Positions 26,692 to 39,933 of a stretch of 64,000 bases of DNA are shown here, piece after piece. The position numbers were made by a program, and so were the translations under genes. The stretch comes from Octopus sinensis. Lineage: Eukaryota. The stretch's first letter is position 1. Each line of letters starts with the position of its first letter. The DNA lies in NCBI RefSeq assembly GCF_006345805.1, contig NC_043000.1, forward strand, positions 40,424,001 to 40,488,000, written 5' to 3'. The notes beneath the pieces are model-generated. The model was not told where the DNA came from. It saw only the letters and a program-made list of their open reading frames with translations, and ran no database searches.

Positions 26692-27947
26692 CATATATAT
26701 GTATATATATATTTATATATACATATATACATACATATGTAAATATATATATATATATATACATACATACCATATATATATATACACACACATATATCCT
26801 GCTCTCTTTTCTTAACCTCTCCTCTATGCTTTGTCTCCGACTAACGACCTTGTTCTCTATCTCTTCGTGCACAAGCGTACATATTTGCCTGTGGATGAAT
26901 GGGTGTATGCATCAATGAATATACAGGTGTATACTTATGTACATGCGTGTATTTGCCAATCGATCCATGCATCTGTCAATGTACCTCTCGAATTCTACAT
27001 CGATATTTCTGTCTTTTCTATGACTCTGTTATAAGACACACACACGCACACACATATGAACATACATACGCATAAATATCTATAGGAATATATATATATA
27101 TATATTCCTTTACTTGTTTCAATTATTTGACTGCGGCCATGCTGGAGTACGTAACAACATACATACACATACGTATAAATTTTGTTTGCATACTATGTAT
27201 GTAATAAAAATTTACTTAAGTTTGTTGGCTCATCGCATCAAATATGACAACGCCCACTTTACTATTTCGTTTTCATGCAACAGACGTCACTGGGTATGTT
27301 CTCCAAACCTTGTATGTGTGTGTAATTATGTGTGTTTGTGTGATTATTTGTGTGTGTATGCGTGTGTGTGGTAGGTAATGCTCAGACTGTATACGAAAAT
27401 GTTCATGTATAGTCAACCGATTATCATGTGAAACAGCACAAGTAATGACATATATATGTCATTTATATATGTATGTATATTTGTATGTATGTATATTTGT
27501 ATGTATGTATTTATGTATGTATGGTGTATGGTGTATATTTTGGAAATAGATGCATATGAAGTTACGTATCCCTCTGCATATGTGAAGACAACGTGTACGT
27601 AAGAGGAAGGCACGAAGAAGGCGAGGGAAAAGAAACAAACATAGAACAGGAGTGAGAATATGAGAGTTAGAGAGAGAGAGAGAAGAAAGACTAATGTAAG
27701 AATGATTGGAAACTTTCTTCTCTCTAATTTTCTATTATGTCTCCCTGCTATACATAAATCGCTCCAAGTCATACTGGGAAACGCGCGCGCGCACGCACAG
27801 AGAGAGAGAAACATACACACAATTATATGAAGATATATATACATATATAAATATATATATTATATATGCAAATATATATATATTATATATATATATATAC
27901 ATATATATATGCATATGTATACATATATATATGCATATGTATACGTG

Positions 27948-27996
<49 letters not shown>

Positions 27997-28075
27997 CATA
28001 TATATACACACATATATAATATATATATATATATATATTTATAATATATATATATATATATAATATATATATACA

Positions 28076-28123
<48 letters not shown>

Positions 28124-28558
28124 GTATATACATATGTATATATATATGAATATATATAAATGTGTATATGTGTACATATATATATGTATGTATGTCTGTA
28201 TGTATATCAGAGTGTGTATACCTCTGTACATTTTATATGTGCCCGCATTTGGCTAAGCATGTGTATGTCACGTATGCGCTTCAGGGTATTCTTTATCTAA
28301 TGATATCAACGTACAATGATACATATAGCAATTCATATGTAGTCTTATATCTCTATATGCAGTACATTTTCGTGTATAGTGAAGCGTGGATGTGTGTGCA
28401 TACATATACATGCACATAAAACCGTGTGTAATTATGTATGTCTACGCACAGACATACATATCAAATGCGTGTGTGTGGCGTGAGAGGTGTATGTGCATGT
28501 GCAGCTATATACATAGATATAAGCGTGCATGTATGCATGCATAGGTGTATATTGTGAG

Positions 28559-28589
<31 letters not shown>

Positions 28590-28819
28590 CATATATGTGG
28601 TTCTCTCTGTATGTGTGCCTTTACACACATATACACACATGATTGCCTTGATCTAATTGTCCCTCTCTGTTTTATGATATATTATATATATACATATATA
28701 TATATTATTATATATATATTATATATATATATATATATATACCCTTTATACATATATACCCTTTATACATATATATATATTGTATGTATATATATATGTA
28801 AATATATATATAGAGAGAG

Positions 28820-28862
<43 letters not shown>

Positions 28863-29214
28863 CACATAGATAAATAGATAGATAGTTAATACATACATAC
28901 ATACATACATACATACAAACATACATAAATACATATATGATTACAATTATATGTATGTATATTTTCTGTGTACAAAGGCACACACACACCATTATACAGA
29001 TTGGAGTAAGCTGGAGGGCGTATACATATAGATGTATGCAAACAAATATCAATGAGCAACGTGCTTAATTACACAGAAACACAGTGATATGAAACAATTA
29101 GACGAAGACATGTTCTACATTAAATACTGACCTGACCTGGCCTTCTCTAAATAACAGTTTATGTCTGTCTGTGTGGACAGAAGTGTGCAAACTAGAACCA
29201 ACTTCATGTCGTCG

Positions 29215-29267
<53 letters not shown>

Positions 29268-29454
29268 AGAAGTGGTGGTGATAGAATATTTCTAGAATAA
29301 TACATTTACATATGTATCAATGTATGTATCCATGCATGTATTCATATATACGTATGTATGTATGTATGTATGTATGTAGTATGTATGTATGTATGTATGT
29401 ATGTTATATGTATGTATGTATGTATGTATTTATGCATGTATGTATTCATGTATA

Positions 29455-29514
<60 letters not shown>

Positions 29515-29521
<7 letters not shown>

Positions 29522-29670
29522 AGAGTTTACGAAAAAAACAAAAGACGAAGACAGGTGTGTACAAAACAAACAGATGTATTAGTACAACGCTCAGTAATAG
29601 AAGTCTTTTACGTTTCGAGCCTATGCTCTTCTACAGAAAGGGACACAAGGAGAAACAAGGAGAGAAAATG

Positions 29671-29704
<34 letters not shown>

Positions 29705-29925
29705 CTATATATATATATATAATGTATGTATATAATATGTATTATGTATGTATGTATGTACGTATGTATATAGGGGAGAATTCACAAAAAAAACAAACAA
29801 AAGACTAAGACAGGTGGTGCAGACAACAAATAGATGTATTAGTTTAATGCTCGAGAAGTGAAAAAGTCTTTAACATTTCGAGCCTACGCTCTTTCACAGA
29901 AAGAAACAAGGAGAGAAAATAAAGA
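29515..29925 (-). repeat. Tandem pair of Penelope-LTR-like repeats, each with a variant hammerhead (29605-29640, 29868-29903)
   Basis: CUUU-CUGUAGA-A-GAGC-AUAG-GCUC-GAAAC-GUA-AAAG and CUUU-CUGUGAA-A-GAGC-GUAG-GCUC-GAAAU-GUU-AAAG, about 263 bp apart. Confidence 0.65.
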
Positions 29926-30311
29926 ATATATATATAAAAGCAAATTTATTGTTGATAATGCACCTAAGTTTGAAAAACTTGTAATTTTTAAAAATATAAT
30001 TATTTATGATATGTTTTTGTTTATCAATGGTAAAAATTTAGAATTATGTATTAGAAAAACATGTTTTAAAGTTTCAATGTTGACAAGTTTAAATGTTCAT
30101 AACAGTTAATAATATAAAAAGTGTGCATCAGCTTGTTTAAACGTACAAAGTTCATTAGTGTTAGTAGTGATCGACAAGAAATAAATATCATCGAAGTTTC
30201 AGTCATACTGAGTTAAAAGGGAGAAAAACAAGGGAGAAATGAAGACAATAAAGTTACCATTGTTCACAATTTCTCTTGCCATAGTGTGGAGGAAGTTTCG
30301 CGTGTTTGTGT

Positions 30312-30388
<77 letters not shown>

Positions 30389-30395
30389 GTGTGTG

Positions 30396-31510
30396 TGTAG
30401 TCGCTTCATGTAGGCATGGCGTGGATTCGATCCTCGATAGCCAGATTTTACGTAACAGTACAACACCACTTTTCTCACGGTAAAACAATAGTTTTTCTGT
30501 GAGTGACAGCAGTTACATCTACCAGATGCCACCGCCAACAAAATCCACTTTTTGCCACTTGACTCTTCTAACCTCTTCTAGGCCACCAAAAGCTAGAATA
30601 GAGATAACAAACCGACAACGAAATCCATTGTTCTCAATATGTCTATCCTTCTGGCTAGTTTTGGATAGTTATAAAAACAAGAACTCCGTAAGCCAAAGTC
30701 AGTTAGAGAGAACTGAGTCTAGCTCACCGGCTGAACAAAACGCCGTCTCTAAAGAAAAAGGCACAAAGGTAACTCACCAACGAAGCACACCTTCGCTAAT
30801 TCACTTTCTTTTCTCTGTAACATTGCTATATCTCTCTATATATACTACTATGAGATCGTGTACACACATACCGGCGAAAATTAGCTCTTTTTACCTCGCT
30901 TGCTTTTCTACTTACTAGTTATACATAACAAGCTGTCGTGGTTTTAGATATATACAAAGTGACGGTAAATAAATATCTGTCCCGTATACACTTCAATGAT
31001 CCTCTTTCTTTCTCTTCCTCGATTGTTCGTTTCCGTTTCTCGGAACCTTTCTGGAGGCGCAGTGATGTAGTGGCTTCAGGCAGGCATGGCGTGGATTCGA
31101 TCCTCGACAGCCAAATTTTACTTAACAGTTCAACACCACTTTTCTCACGGTAAAACAATAGTTTTTCTTTGAGTGACAGCAGTTAAGTTTGCCAGATGCC
31201 TTCACTAAGCAGAATAATGTTTTTGCCACTTGACCCTTCTAAACTCTTCTAGGCCACAAAAAGCTAGAATAGAGATAAGAGACCGCCAACGAAATCTGGC
31301 TGGTTTTGGATAGTTATAAAAACAAGAACTCCGTAAGCCAAAGTCAGTTAGTTAGAACCGTGTCTAGTTGACCGGCTGAACAAAACGCCGTCTCTAAAGG
31401 AAAAGGCACAAAAAGACAACAATGGTAACTCACCAACGAAGCAGTTCTTTCGTCCCACCACTCTCACTTTTACTAAAGTTAAAGAATTGCAGCCTTCGCT
31501 TCACCTTCAC
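30396..31510. repeat. Diverged ~400-bp direct repeat pair (30396 to about 30805; 31066 to about 31510)
   Basis: Both copies begin TGTAGT.GCTTCA.G.AGGCATGGCGTGGATTCGATCCTCGA and stay colinear to ACTCACCAACGAAGCA. Offset is 670 bp. Confidence 0.9.
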
Positions 31511-31630
31511 ATGAACAGTTGTCACATTCATCGATTATATATATATATATATATATATTTACATACATACATACACCATAGTTATCTATATGTATGTATG
31601 TGTGTATGTATGTATCTATATGTGTGTGTG

Positions 31631-31662
<32 letters not shown>

Positions 31663-31684
31663 CCTATATATTATATATATATTA

Positions 31685-31738
<54 letters not shown>

Positions 31739-32112
31739 AAGGAATTACGATAAATGCAATCTTTTACTAGTAGTTTCAACGTACGTTTCGTTATTATGGT
31801 TGCTTGGAAACCTACATAATATATGCTATTTTTATTGTAACTTCTCCTACATGTGGTCTGTATTTCATAACTAGTAATACCGCTAATTGTAGTAGCTGTT
31901 TAACCACTATACTGGAAGCAGATAGACTACGGCAATTTATATGGAACTCTAAACTCAATAGTAACAATCGTATATCTATTTGTATGCACGAGATACACTA
32001 TATATATGCATGTATGTGTGCGTGTATGTGTGTGTGTTCATATATATATATTCATTTCATTTAATCTAGTTTCAACTCACGAGCTGTGGCATATATATAT
32101 ATATATATATTC

Positions 32113-32529
32113 TCAAAATAAGCAACAAGGATATCCAAGGTAGTGTAGTACAATTGTTTCATGCTACTTCATTTATTAAACACTGTAAGTATTACATCAG
32201 TTGTCAAAATGTCGAGGAATCTTCAGTCACATATAAAATTTTTTAATTAAAAGGACAATGCACATTCTTATACTTATTTCCTTTGCCAACATTACATGTC
32301 CTTATTGATGAAATTAACCTCTCTGTCTATATATCTACCCTCTTTGTAATGTTGGCAAATGAAATAAGTATAAGAATGTGCATTGTCGTTTTAATTAAAA
32401 AGTTCTATATGTGGCTGAAGATTGCTTGAAATTTTGAAAACTGATGTAATACTTACAGTGTTTAATAAAATAAAGTAGCATGAAACAATTGTACTACACT
32501 ACCTTGGATATCCTTGTTGCTTATTTTGA
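32113..32529. repeat. Fold-back element with ~185-bp inverted arms and a 48-bp spacer
   Basis: TCAAAATAAGCAACAAGGATATCCAAGGTAGTGTAGTAC at the left end versus its reverse complement ending at 32529. The arms have scattered mismatches. Confidence 0.93.
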
Positions 32530-33439
32530 TTATAATCACCCCCAATTGAGTTATATGGATAATAACATACAAAATTCTGGTGCCTTTAACTTAAGTACCA
32601 TATTCATTTGAATCTAAATTTTGCTGAACTTTATATATATATATATATATATATCACTCACTTAATGTGTGCTTGAAAACGCTACAAAGCTGCGGTATTT
32701 CGTCTGAAGCCGCATAGCTCAGAGTTAGGCGAAATGAAAACGCCTTGGAAGTGAATGAGAGCATAAGATATCGATATTTCGCAGTCATATCTCCCCTCGG
32801 TGTCGAATACTTCTCCACTTTCGAAACGACTCGCAACAGCCAGCCAAAGGTGCATATACAGATAACATAAAATCTATTTGCTGATGTGAAAAAGCGTCGC
32901 CCAAGGAAAACAAAATTCTAATATTTTAAGTAGTTAAGAGAGTAACCATTATCAATATCATACAGTGTATATGTGTTAGTAAATGCTACAAAACTGTGGT
33001 ACTTTGTCTAAGGGAGATCCCTTAGAAGTATCGTGTTAAAAAAACGAAAGACAAAACGAAATTGTCCCATAAGTATACGAGAGCGATTGATATCAATATT
33101 TCGGGTGCATGTGCAAACACACATACATTAAATATGTAGTATTGATAATGCTTACCGTATAAAGCTGCTTCAAGCATGCATATATGTGTGCACACCTCCT
33201 TAAGTGTGCGCGCGCCCGTGTGTGTGCTGTATGTGTAATAAATGGATCTATGCATCAGTTTCGTGATAAATACTTAATTACTCATTCAGTCGAACTACTT
33301 ACGTGTTTAATTAGCATATAATTGGCTCAGTATTTATCAACACTTATACCATTGATGTAATGCTCAGATAAAATTAATGTAACTTCGACGTACAATGGGT
33401 CCGGTAGGCAACTATTCCGTGTTTGTCTACTTAATTTCA

Positions 33440-33557
33440 TTCTTACGGCTTATGTCACGCAGCGGCTCTGGTAATGACACTTGATTAAATCTTCACACTA
33501 GGTTCGAACCTGAGTCCTCATGAGCACAAGGAGAACATTTTAACTATTCTGCCATGC
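33440..33557 (-). mobile_element. tRNA-like SINE head relic
   Basis: Minus strand has A-box-like TGGCAGAATAG and B box GGTTCGAACC, but no cloverleaf. Confidence 0.5.
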
Positions 33558-34062
33558 TGAGTGCATGCGTGCACGATTATGTATTGGCTGAAAGTTACAC
33601 AAAGTTCGAAAATAAACCTATATACCTATATCTATCTATTTATCTATCTAGCTAGCTCTCTGTCTGTCTATCTCTCTCTATATATATCTGACTCTCTCTC
33701 TCTTACGTGCTGTCTCTTTTTCTCTCTGTCTCCCCCTTCTCTCTATATATATATTTATATATGCATTTACACATATATACATGCATACATACTTTTCGAT
33801 TGATAGACAGATACATACATACATACATACATACATACATACATACATACATACATACATACATACATACATACATACATACGTACACTATAATTGTATG
33901 CTAACGTACTTAAATTAGTGAACTTTGTGTTATTCGAACTCAGTACGTAAAATGATGCCATAAGCTACAGCAAGGAATTTTATCAAACCCTTCACTTTGA
34001 CTTTTCTGCCAACCCTCTGAAAATAATAATAATAATATAATAATAATAATAATAATATAATA

Positions 34063-34103
<41 letters not shown>

Positions 34104-36140
34104 CTTCCTTTATTTACCTCGGAGGCAACGGAGGAGAGAAATTACAAAGATGGTAAATAATTAGACACTAAAACAAGTGGGTGTTACATGGCATGCTAGT
34201 AATATAATATCAAAGTTTCAATTACTGGCATAGCAACACTGAATGGATGTAGTGTTGTACAGAAGTCAGCTGCAAATATTAATGAATTACAGTGATATAA
34301 CTAGCTGTTAAATTAAAGACATTAACTGTTGAACAGCCAGCGAAGGAATGTATTTATGATGTATAGCTGGAACTGTTTACAACTATTTCTGTAAAGGGTA
34401 ATGATATATTATGTACATGGATGAAAATATAAGAACGTCCCAGAAAATAACACTGGTCAATCTTATACATTTTTTTCTGCATGTTTTAAGCATGTACTTA
34501 TGCATTTTTTAATGTAACTAATTCTTTGAAATTCTTTTACACAAAATAAATGAAGTGAAGAAATAAAATACAGCAAGGAAGAAACTGAAGAGCTTCTAAT
34601 GTTTTGAATGATACCTTTATCAAAGAGAAGTAAAAGGAATGAGAGAAGCAAGAGAAAATAAAACATACGGTGTTTGAATGTAAGTTGTTTGCTTACATGA
34701 TAGTATTAGGCCTACTATGTAAATAGATGCTTTACGTTCGCTATCATGTTTTTTCTCTTTTTCTCTTGCATCTCTTCTTTTTATTTTTCTCTTTGATAAA
34801 GTGTATCAACCGAAACGTTAGATTCTATTCAATTTGTTTTCTTCTAAACCGTATTTGCTTTTACTGTACACTATTTTTACGCTTTATGTTTCTACCCATT
34901 CAGTTACATGTTTCGCTTGTCTAATTTCATGTATCTTTCTTTGTCTCCTTCTTATCATATAATCTTACTTGTTTTATTTACGTGGTTTTAACTTATTTAT
35001 TCTTTAACGCCTATGCAGAATATACCGCAGCTATTTGGAAGATTGATCATAACGACTACTTTAATACTATTATTTCATTTTTTAAAATCTGCATTTTTTC
35101 CATAAAGTTATGAAGAAACAAAATCGAAGATGAGCCAAACTTCTGTTGTTATGTCGTAAATTTATTTACTGAGCGAGTGAGTGTTATTAGACAAATAAAG
35201 GAAAAATAGTCCTAACATGAATCTTCTTCTCAGGCGATCCTTTTGGAGTCTAATGAAACATATGAAGTTCGAAAACTTCTGTTATATGTCAGGCAGTATA
35301 ATAGATATTCTAATAACACACAGATACACAGGTGTGTGTATGTATCTAATTAAGCATGCATACATGTGTTTGAGTGAGTGGGTGAATGAGTGAATGTGTG
35401 TGTACATACACACGCAGTTATATATTTGGGTGCGTGTTCGTAAGCAAGTGAATACATTGAAGTGTGTGTGTGTATACTTACACACAAACGCACATACATA
35501 AATGTCTCGTGTGTGTGTGTGTGTGTGTGTATTTGTAGTTCCACAGAGTCTAGTTACTCTAAATATATTTGAATTTTATATACGCTGTGTTGCACATAAA
35601 TATTTAATAATTAATCAAGCTGCCGTTAAAAGCTCATTATGCAAATTAGTCTAGCCATTGCTGTTAAGTTCTAGTATGCATTTAATTAAAATAGCTATTT
35701 GCAATATATATTTTTCACTAGTAGAATAATTGCTTTTGTCTGCTGATTAGTATTTAACGAACAGTGAATCATGTCCGGACGATCGCCTATGTTTTTCGCC
35801 ATAACCAGACGATAACTACTTGCGTAGAAGAAAAAAGAATGTATTCACATCTGTTGAAATCTTCTTAGTGAAAGTTTTCAAAAGCTGTAGTTTGTCTACT
35901 TTACAGTTATATGCAAGTGTATATTAATGGCAGGTTTTATGTCAAGTTATATATAAAAACCTTTTAACATGAAATTGTAAGATTGCTCAATACTTTTTGT
36001 GGAGTACATATTTATTAACATTTCTGCTTGCCTTCATCAGAGTGGCTGATAATGGCGAGGAAGTCGAAACTTTAAAGTCCTTGTTAACTGCTTCCTTATG
36101 TGCTTGTGTATGTGTGTGTTTGTGTATAAATATATATAAA

Positions 36141-36371
36141 TATAGGCGTAAGAGTGGCCGTGTGGTAAGTATAGGCGTAGGAGTGGCTGTGTGATAAGTA
36201 TAGTCGTAGGAGTGGCTGTGTGGTAAGTAGCTTGCTTAACAACCACATGATTCTGGGTTCAGTCACACTGCGTGGCCCCTTGGGCAAGTGTCTTCTACTA
36301 TAGCCTCGGGCCGACCAAAGCCTTGTGAGTGGATTTGGTAGACGGAAACTGAAAGAAGCTCATGGTATATA

Positions 36372-36434
<63 letters not shown>

Positions 36435-36645
36435 TTGTGTGTCTGTGTTTGTCCCCCCAACATCGCTTGACAACCGATGCTGGTGTGTTTACGTCCCCGT
36501 AACTTAGCGGTTTCGCAAAAGAGACCGATAGAATAAGTACTAGGCTTACAAAGAAAAAGTCGAGAGGTCGATTTGCTCGACTAAAAGGCGGTGCTTCAGC
36601 ATGGCCACAATCACTTGACTGAAACAAGTAAAAGAGTAAAAGAGT
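36141..36645 (+). mobile_element. SINE family A with a triplicated 29-bp 5' head
   Basis: Three TATAGGCGTAGGAGTGGCTGTGTGGTAAG-like units at 36141, 36170 and 36199, followed by a complete body. Confidence 0.92.
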
Positions 36646-37179
36646 ATATACGTACACACATGTATATATGTGTGCATACACACACACACACACACACACG
36701 CACATATATATACATACGGAATGATAGGCTTACACCCAACGTAGTACATTATGTAAAGTTTTTATTTTGATATTTTCCAGGCAAACTGAGATAGCCTAGA
36801 AACCAAGGCGAATTGTGAATCATGCATCGATAGATATATGGATGCAGATAATTACCAGAACGATACAAAAATAAAATAAGAATAGCAATCACCAGAAAGC
36901 AGTTCATGTATTACAGTGAATACAGATATACGTAAGCATGCCAATACATAACGTTTCTACATCATGTTATGTAAAATTGATGCGAGGCTTCCATAAGCAC
37001 CTGCATCATTAAACAGGCATCTGCTGATTGTAACCTACTTACGGGCAAACGACACGCGCGCACGTATACGAATATGTAGACGCACATGCACACTCAGAGA
37101 AATTACAAATCCACGGGAACACACAAATACGATCATACATACATACATACATACATACATACATACATACATAACATAT

Positions 37180-37253
<74 letters not shown>

Positions 37254-37677
37254 TTATATGATTGTGAACAGGTGTAAATAATTCTGAGATGATAGGAAAA
37301 ATATCTGGAATAGACATAGAAAAATCTATTGATCTTCGCATGTGCGTATGTGCATTTATGCCAAAATTTTCTTACACATGCTTGCATGTGTATATATATA
37401 TATGTGTGTGTGTGTATTGGTGAATTTATATTTATGTGAGTGTGTGAGCACGTTATCTATATATGCGCAGATACATGCTCTAACAGAATTTCATCTCTCT
37501 CTTTCTGTCTCTCCCGTCCTCTCGCCATCTTAGATACTCAAATTTCGTTATCATTACATGTCATGTCTTCTCTTGTACATTCTCTATTCCTACCTTCTCA
37601 TACGTATTAGATACGCATGTGTACATATTAAAATGGATGTGTGTATGTATGTAAATATATATATAATATATATATAT

Positions 37678-37752
<75 letters not shown>

Positions 37753-38318
37753 CATACATATATATATATATATGTACATATATATGTATATATATATAGA
37801 TATACATAAATACATAGATAAATAGATACATACATACATACATACATACATACATACATACATACATACATACATACATACATTGTACCTGTATTTCAAA
37901 GAGTGAAATTGTTCACAAATTTTGACGTGTCGATTCAAAGAGAAGATTATATCAATGACGCAGGTATTAGCGAATATTCAGCCAATTAGCCTCTCCTACA
38001 ATGGAGAAATACTTGATCGATCAGCTTCGAATATGACTGACGCCCAATATATTTGTATATATGTGTATGTGCTAAGCCATACCAATCTATGTTCTGCGGA
38101 TATACATGCATATAGTATATTATATACATACATGCACACACGCACACACACACATACACACACATATGTGTGTGTGTGTGTGTGCGTGTGTCTATAAATA
38201 TAAATGCTCGCACGCATACTCACACACGTACACACATATACACATATATACACATGCACACACACACACACACATACACACATATATAATATAAAATATA
38301 TATGTATGCATATATATG

Positions 38319-38378
<60 letters not shown>

Positions 38379-39054
38379 GTGTGTCTGTGTGTGTGTTGAA
38401 TGACTTTGAGGACCTTATTCCGTGGAAATGAGAAAATAAATTAAAAGGATCATATGGAAATACATGTATGCTCTTCGCCCTTTGATAATGATTCCTCCTC
38501 ATATGAAAAGTAAATCTGGAAGCGTTTCTCTCCCTTTAAGTAGCACTCTCCTTCTCTTCTTAAGAACTCATTCCCAATAATACCATGTATATATATATAC
38601 AAACATGTATATGTGCGTATCTGCGCGTGTGTATGTGAGTGTGTTTTAGCGCGCGCCTTCGTGTGTGCATCTGGGATGACAGTATATCTGAGATTGTGTG
38701 TACGCATCTCCTTTAATCCGTGCGACATTATATCCTATTTACCAATTCCCTATCGTTTTTCCCCCCAATTCTTCCAATTAGCGATAATATTCTAAGAAGT
38801 GCACAAATAATCTAACAGGCTTGTGTCTTTTTTTCATAGAAGATGCAGAATCCTCCAACCATTACTCTGTCCAGTTATATTCAAATTGTGAACGTATTAT
38901 GATATGCCTTTCACGTCAGTCATATCACTTGTTTGAGTTTACGTTATTATGCGAGTAGGTGTGTGCGTGCGCGGGCGTGTGTGTGTGTGTGTGTGTGTGT
39001 GATCAAAGAGATGACAAAGGCATCAACGTAAACTTTCTCACTCACAAGCATGTA

Positions 39055-39933
39055 CAAGGTGCGATGGGTAAATTGTCGCTATTTTATGTATTTTTAATTT
39101 CGCGCAAGTGTGTTGTTTGTTTTTGATTTTGTCGGCTGTACAATATAGTAGGATCGGTTGGGCACCGTCTGTGAGAAAAATAGTATCATGACGCAATTCA
39201 CTCTGCCGGAGATTTGGAAACTACATGCTGTACTGCTTGGCATTTGCGTCGAAAGCTCCAATAAGAACATTTCAGAGTGTTTGGGTGTCAATCTGAGGAC
39301 AGTGTAATTTGAGGACATGTACCGAGAGTGATAAAAACCAAACATCCAGTCAACATGGTGTTTGGAAAGATCACTAGTGATGGCGTCGTTATGCCTCCAT
39401 TAATCTTCCCACACGGCCTCAGACTCAACATGGATGCCTACATCAAGTGCCTGGAGGAAGTAGTGCTGCCATGGATCATAAGAGTTGCTGCAGCCTATGT
39501 CTGGCAACAGGAATCTGCACCATGCCACACAAGCAGAAGAACCCAGTCACGGTTGTCAGACAATTTTTGCGACCACATCACCCCTAACATCTGGTCACCT
39601 AACTCCCCAGACTGCAACCCCCTTTGATAGATTTTCTATAGAATGTGTGGGTTGCAGTTGAGCGAGAGACCAACAAAACTCCTTGTAACACCAATGATGA
39701 ACTGAAGGCAAGCATTATAGTAGCATTCACCAGCTTAAACAAGAAGACCGCCCAGAAGAGCTGCAGGAGATTCCGAAGTGGTTGTAGCCAGTAGCGATTT
39801 TATTAAATAAATTTACTGTTTAGTATTTCAAGATATTTTTATTTATTTTGGGTAAATATATCTGTTAAAAGGATATGTCAGTGTTATTTTCATTTTTGCG
39901 TAATTTAGACGACAGTTTATTCACCGCACCCTG
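39055..39933 (+). mobile_element. Tc1/mariner-superfamily transposon, maT-like (DD37D), internally deleted
   Basis: TA-flanked TIRs (CAAGGTGCGATGGGTAAATTGTCG / CGACAGTTTATTCACCGCACCCTG). Catalytic region VWQQESAPCH...WSPNSPDCNPL(D) has 37 residues between the second and third acidic positions; the last D is shifted out of frame by one extra T. Confidence 0.88.

Noticed and set aside
37902-37963. Possible 62-nt exon ([20 protein letters not shown])
   Set aside because: The acceptor is AAG without a pyrimidine tract, so a chance match is likely.
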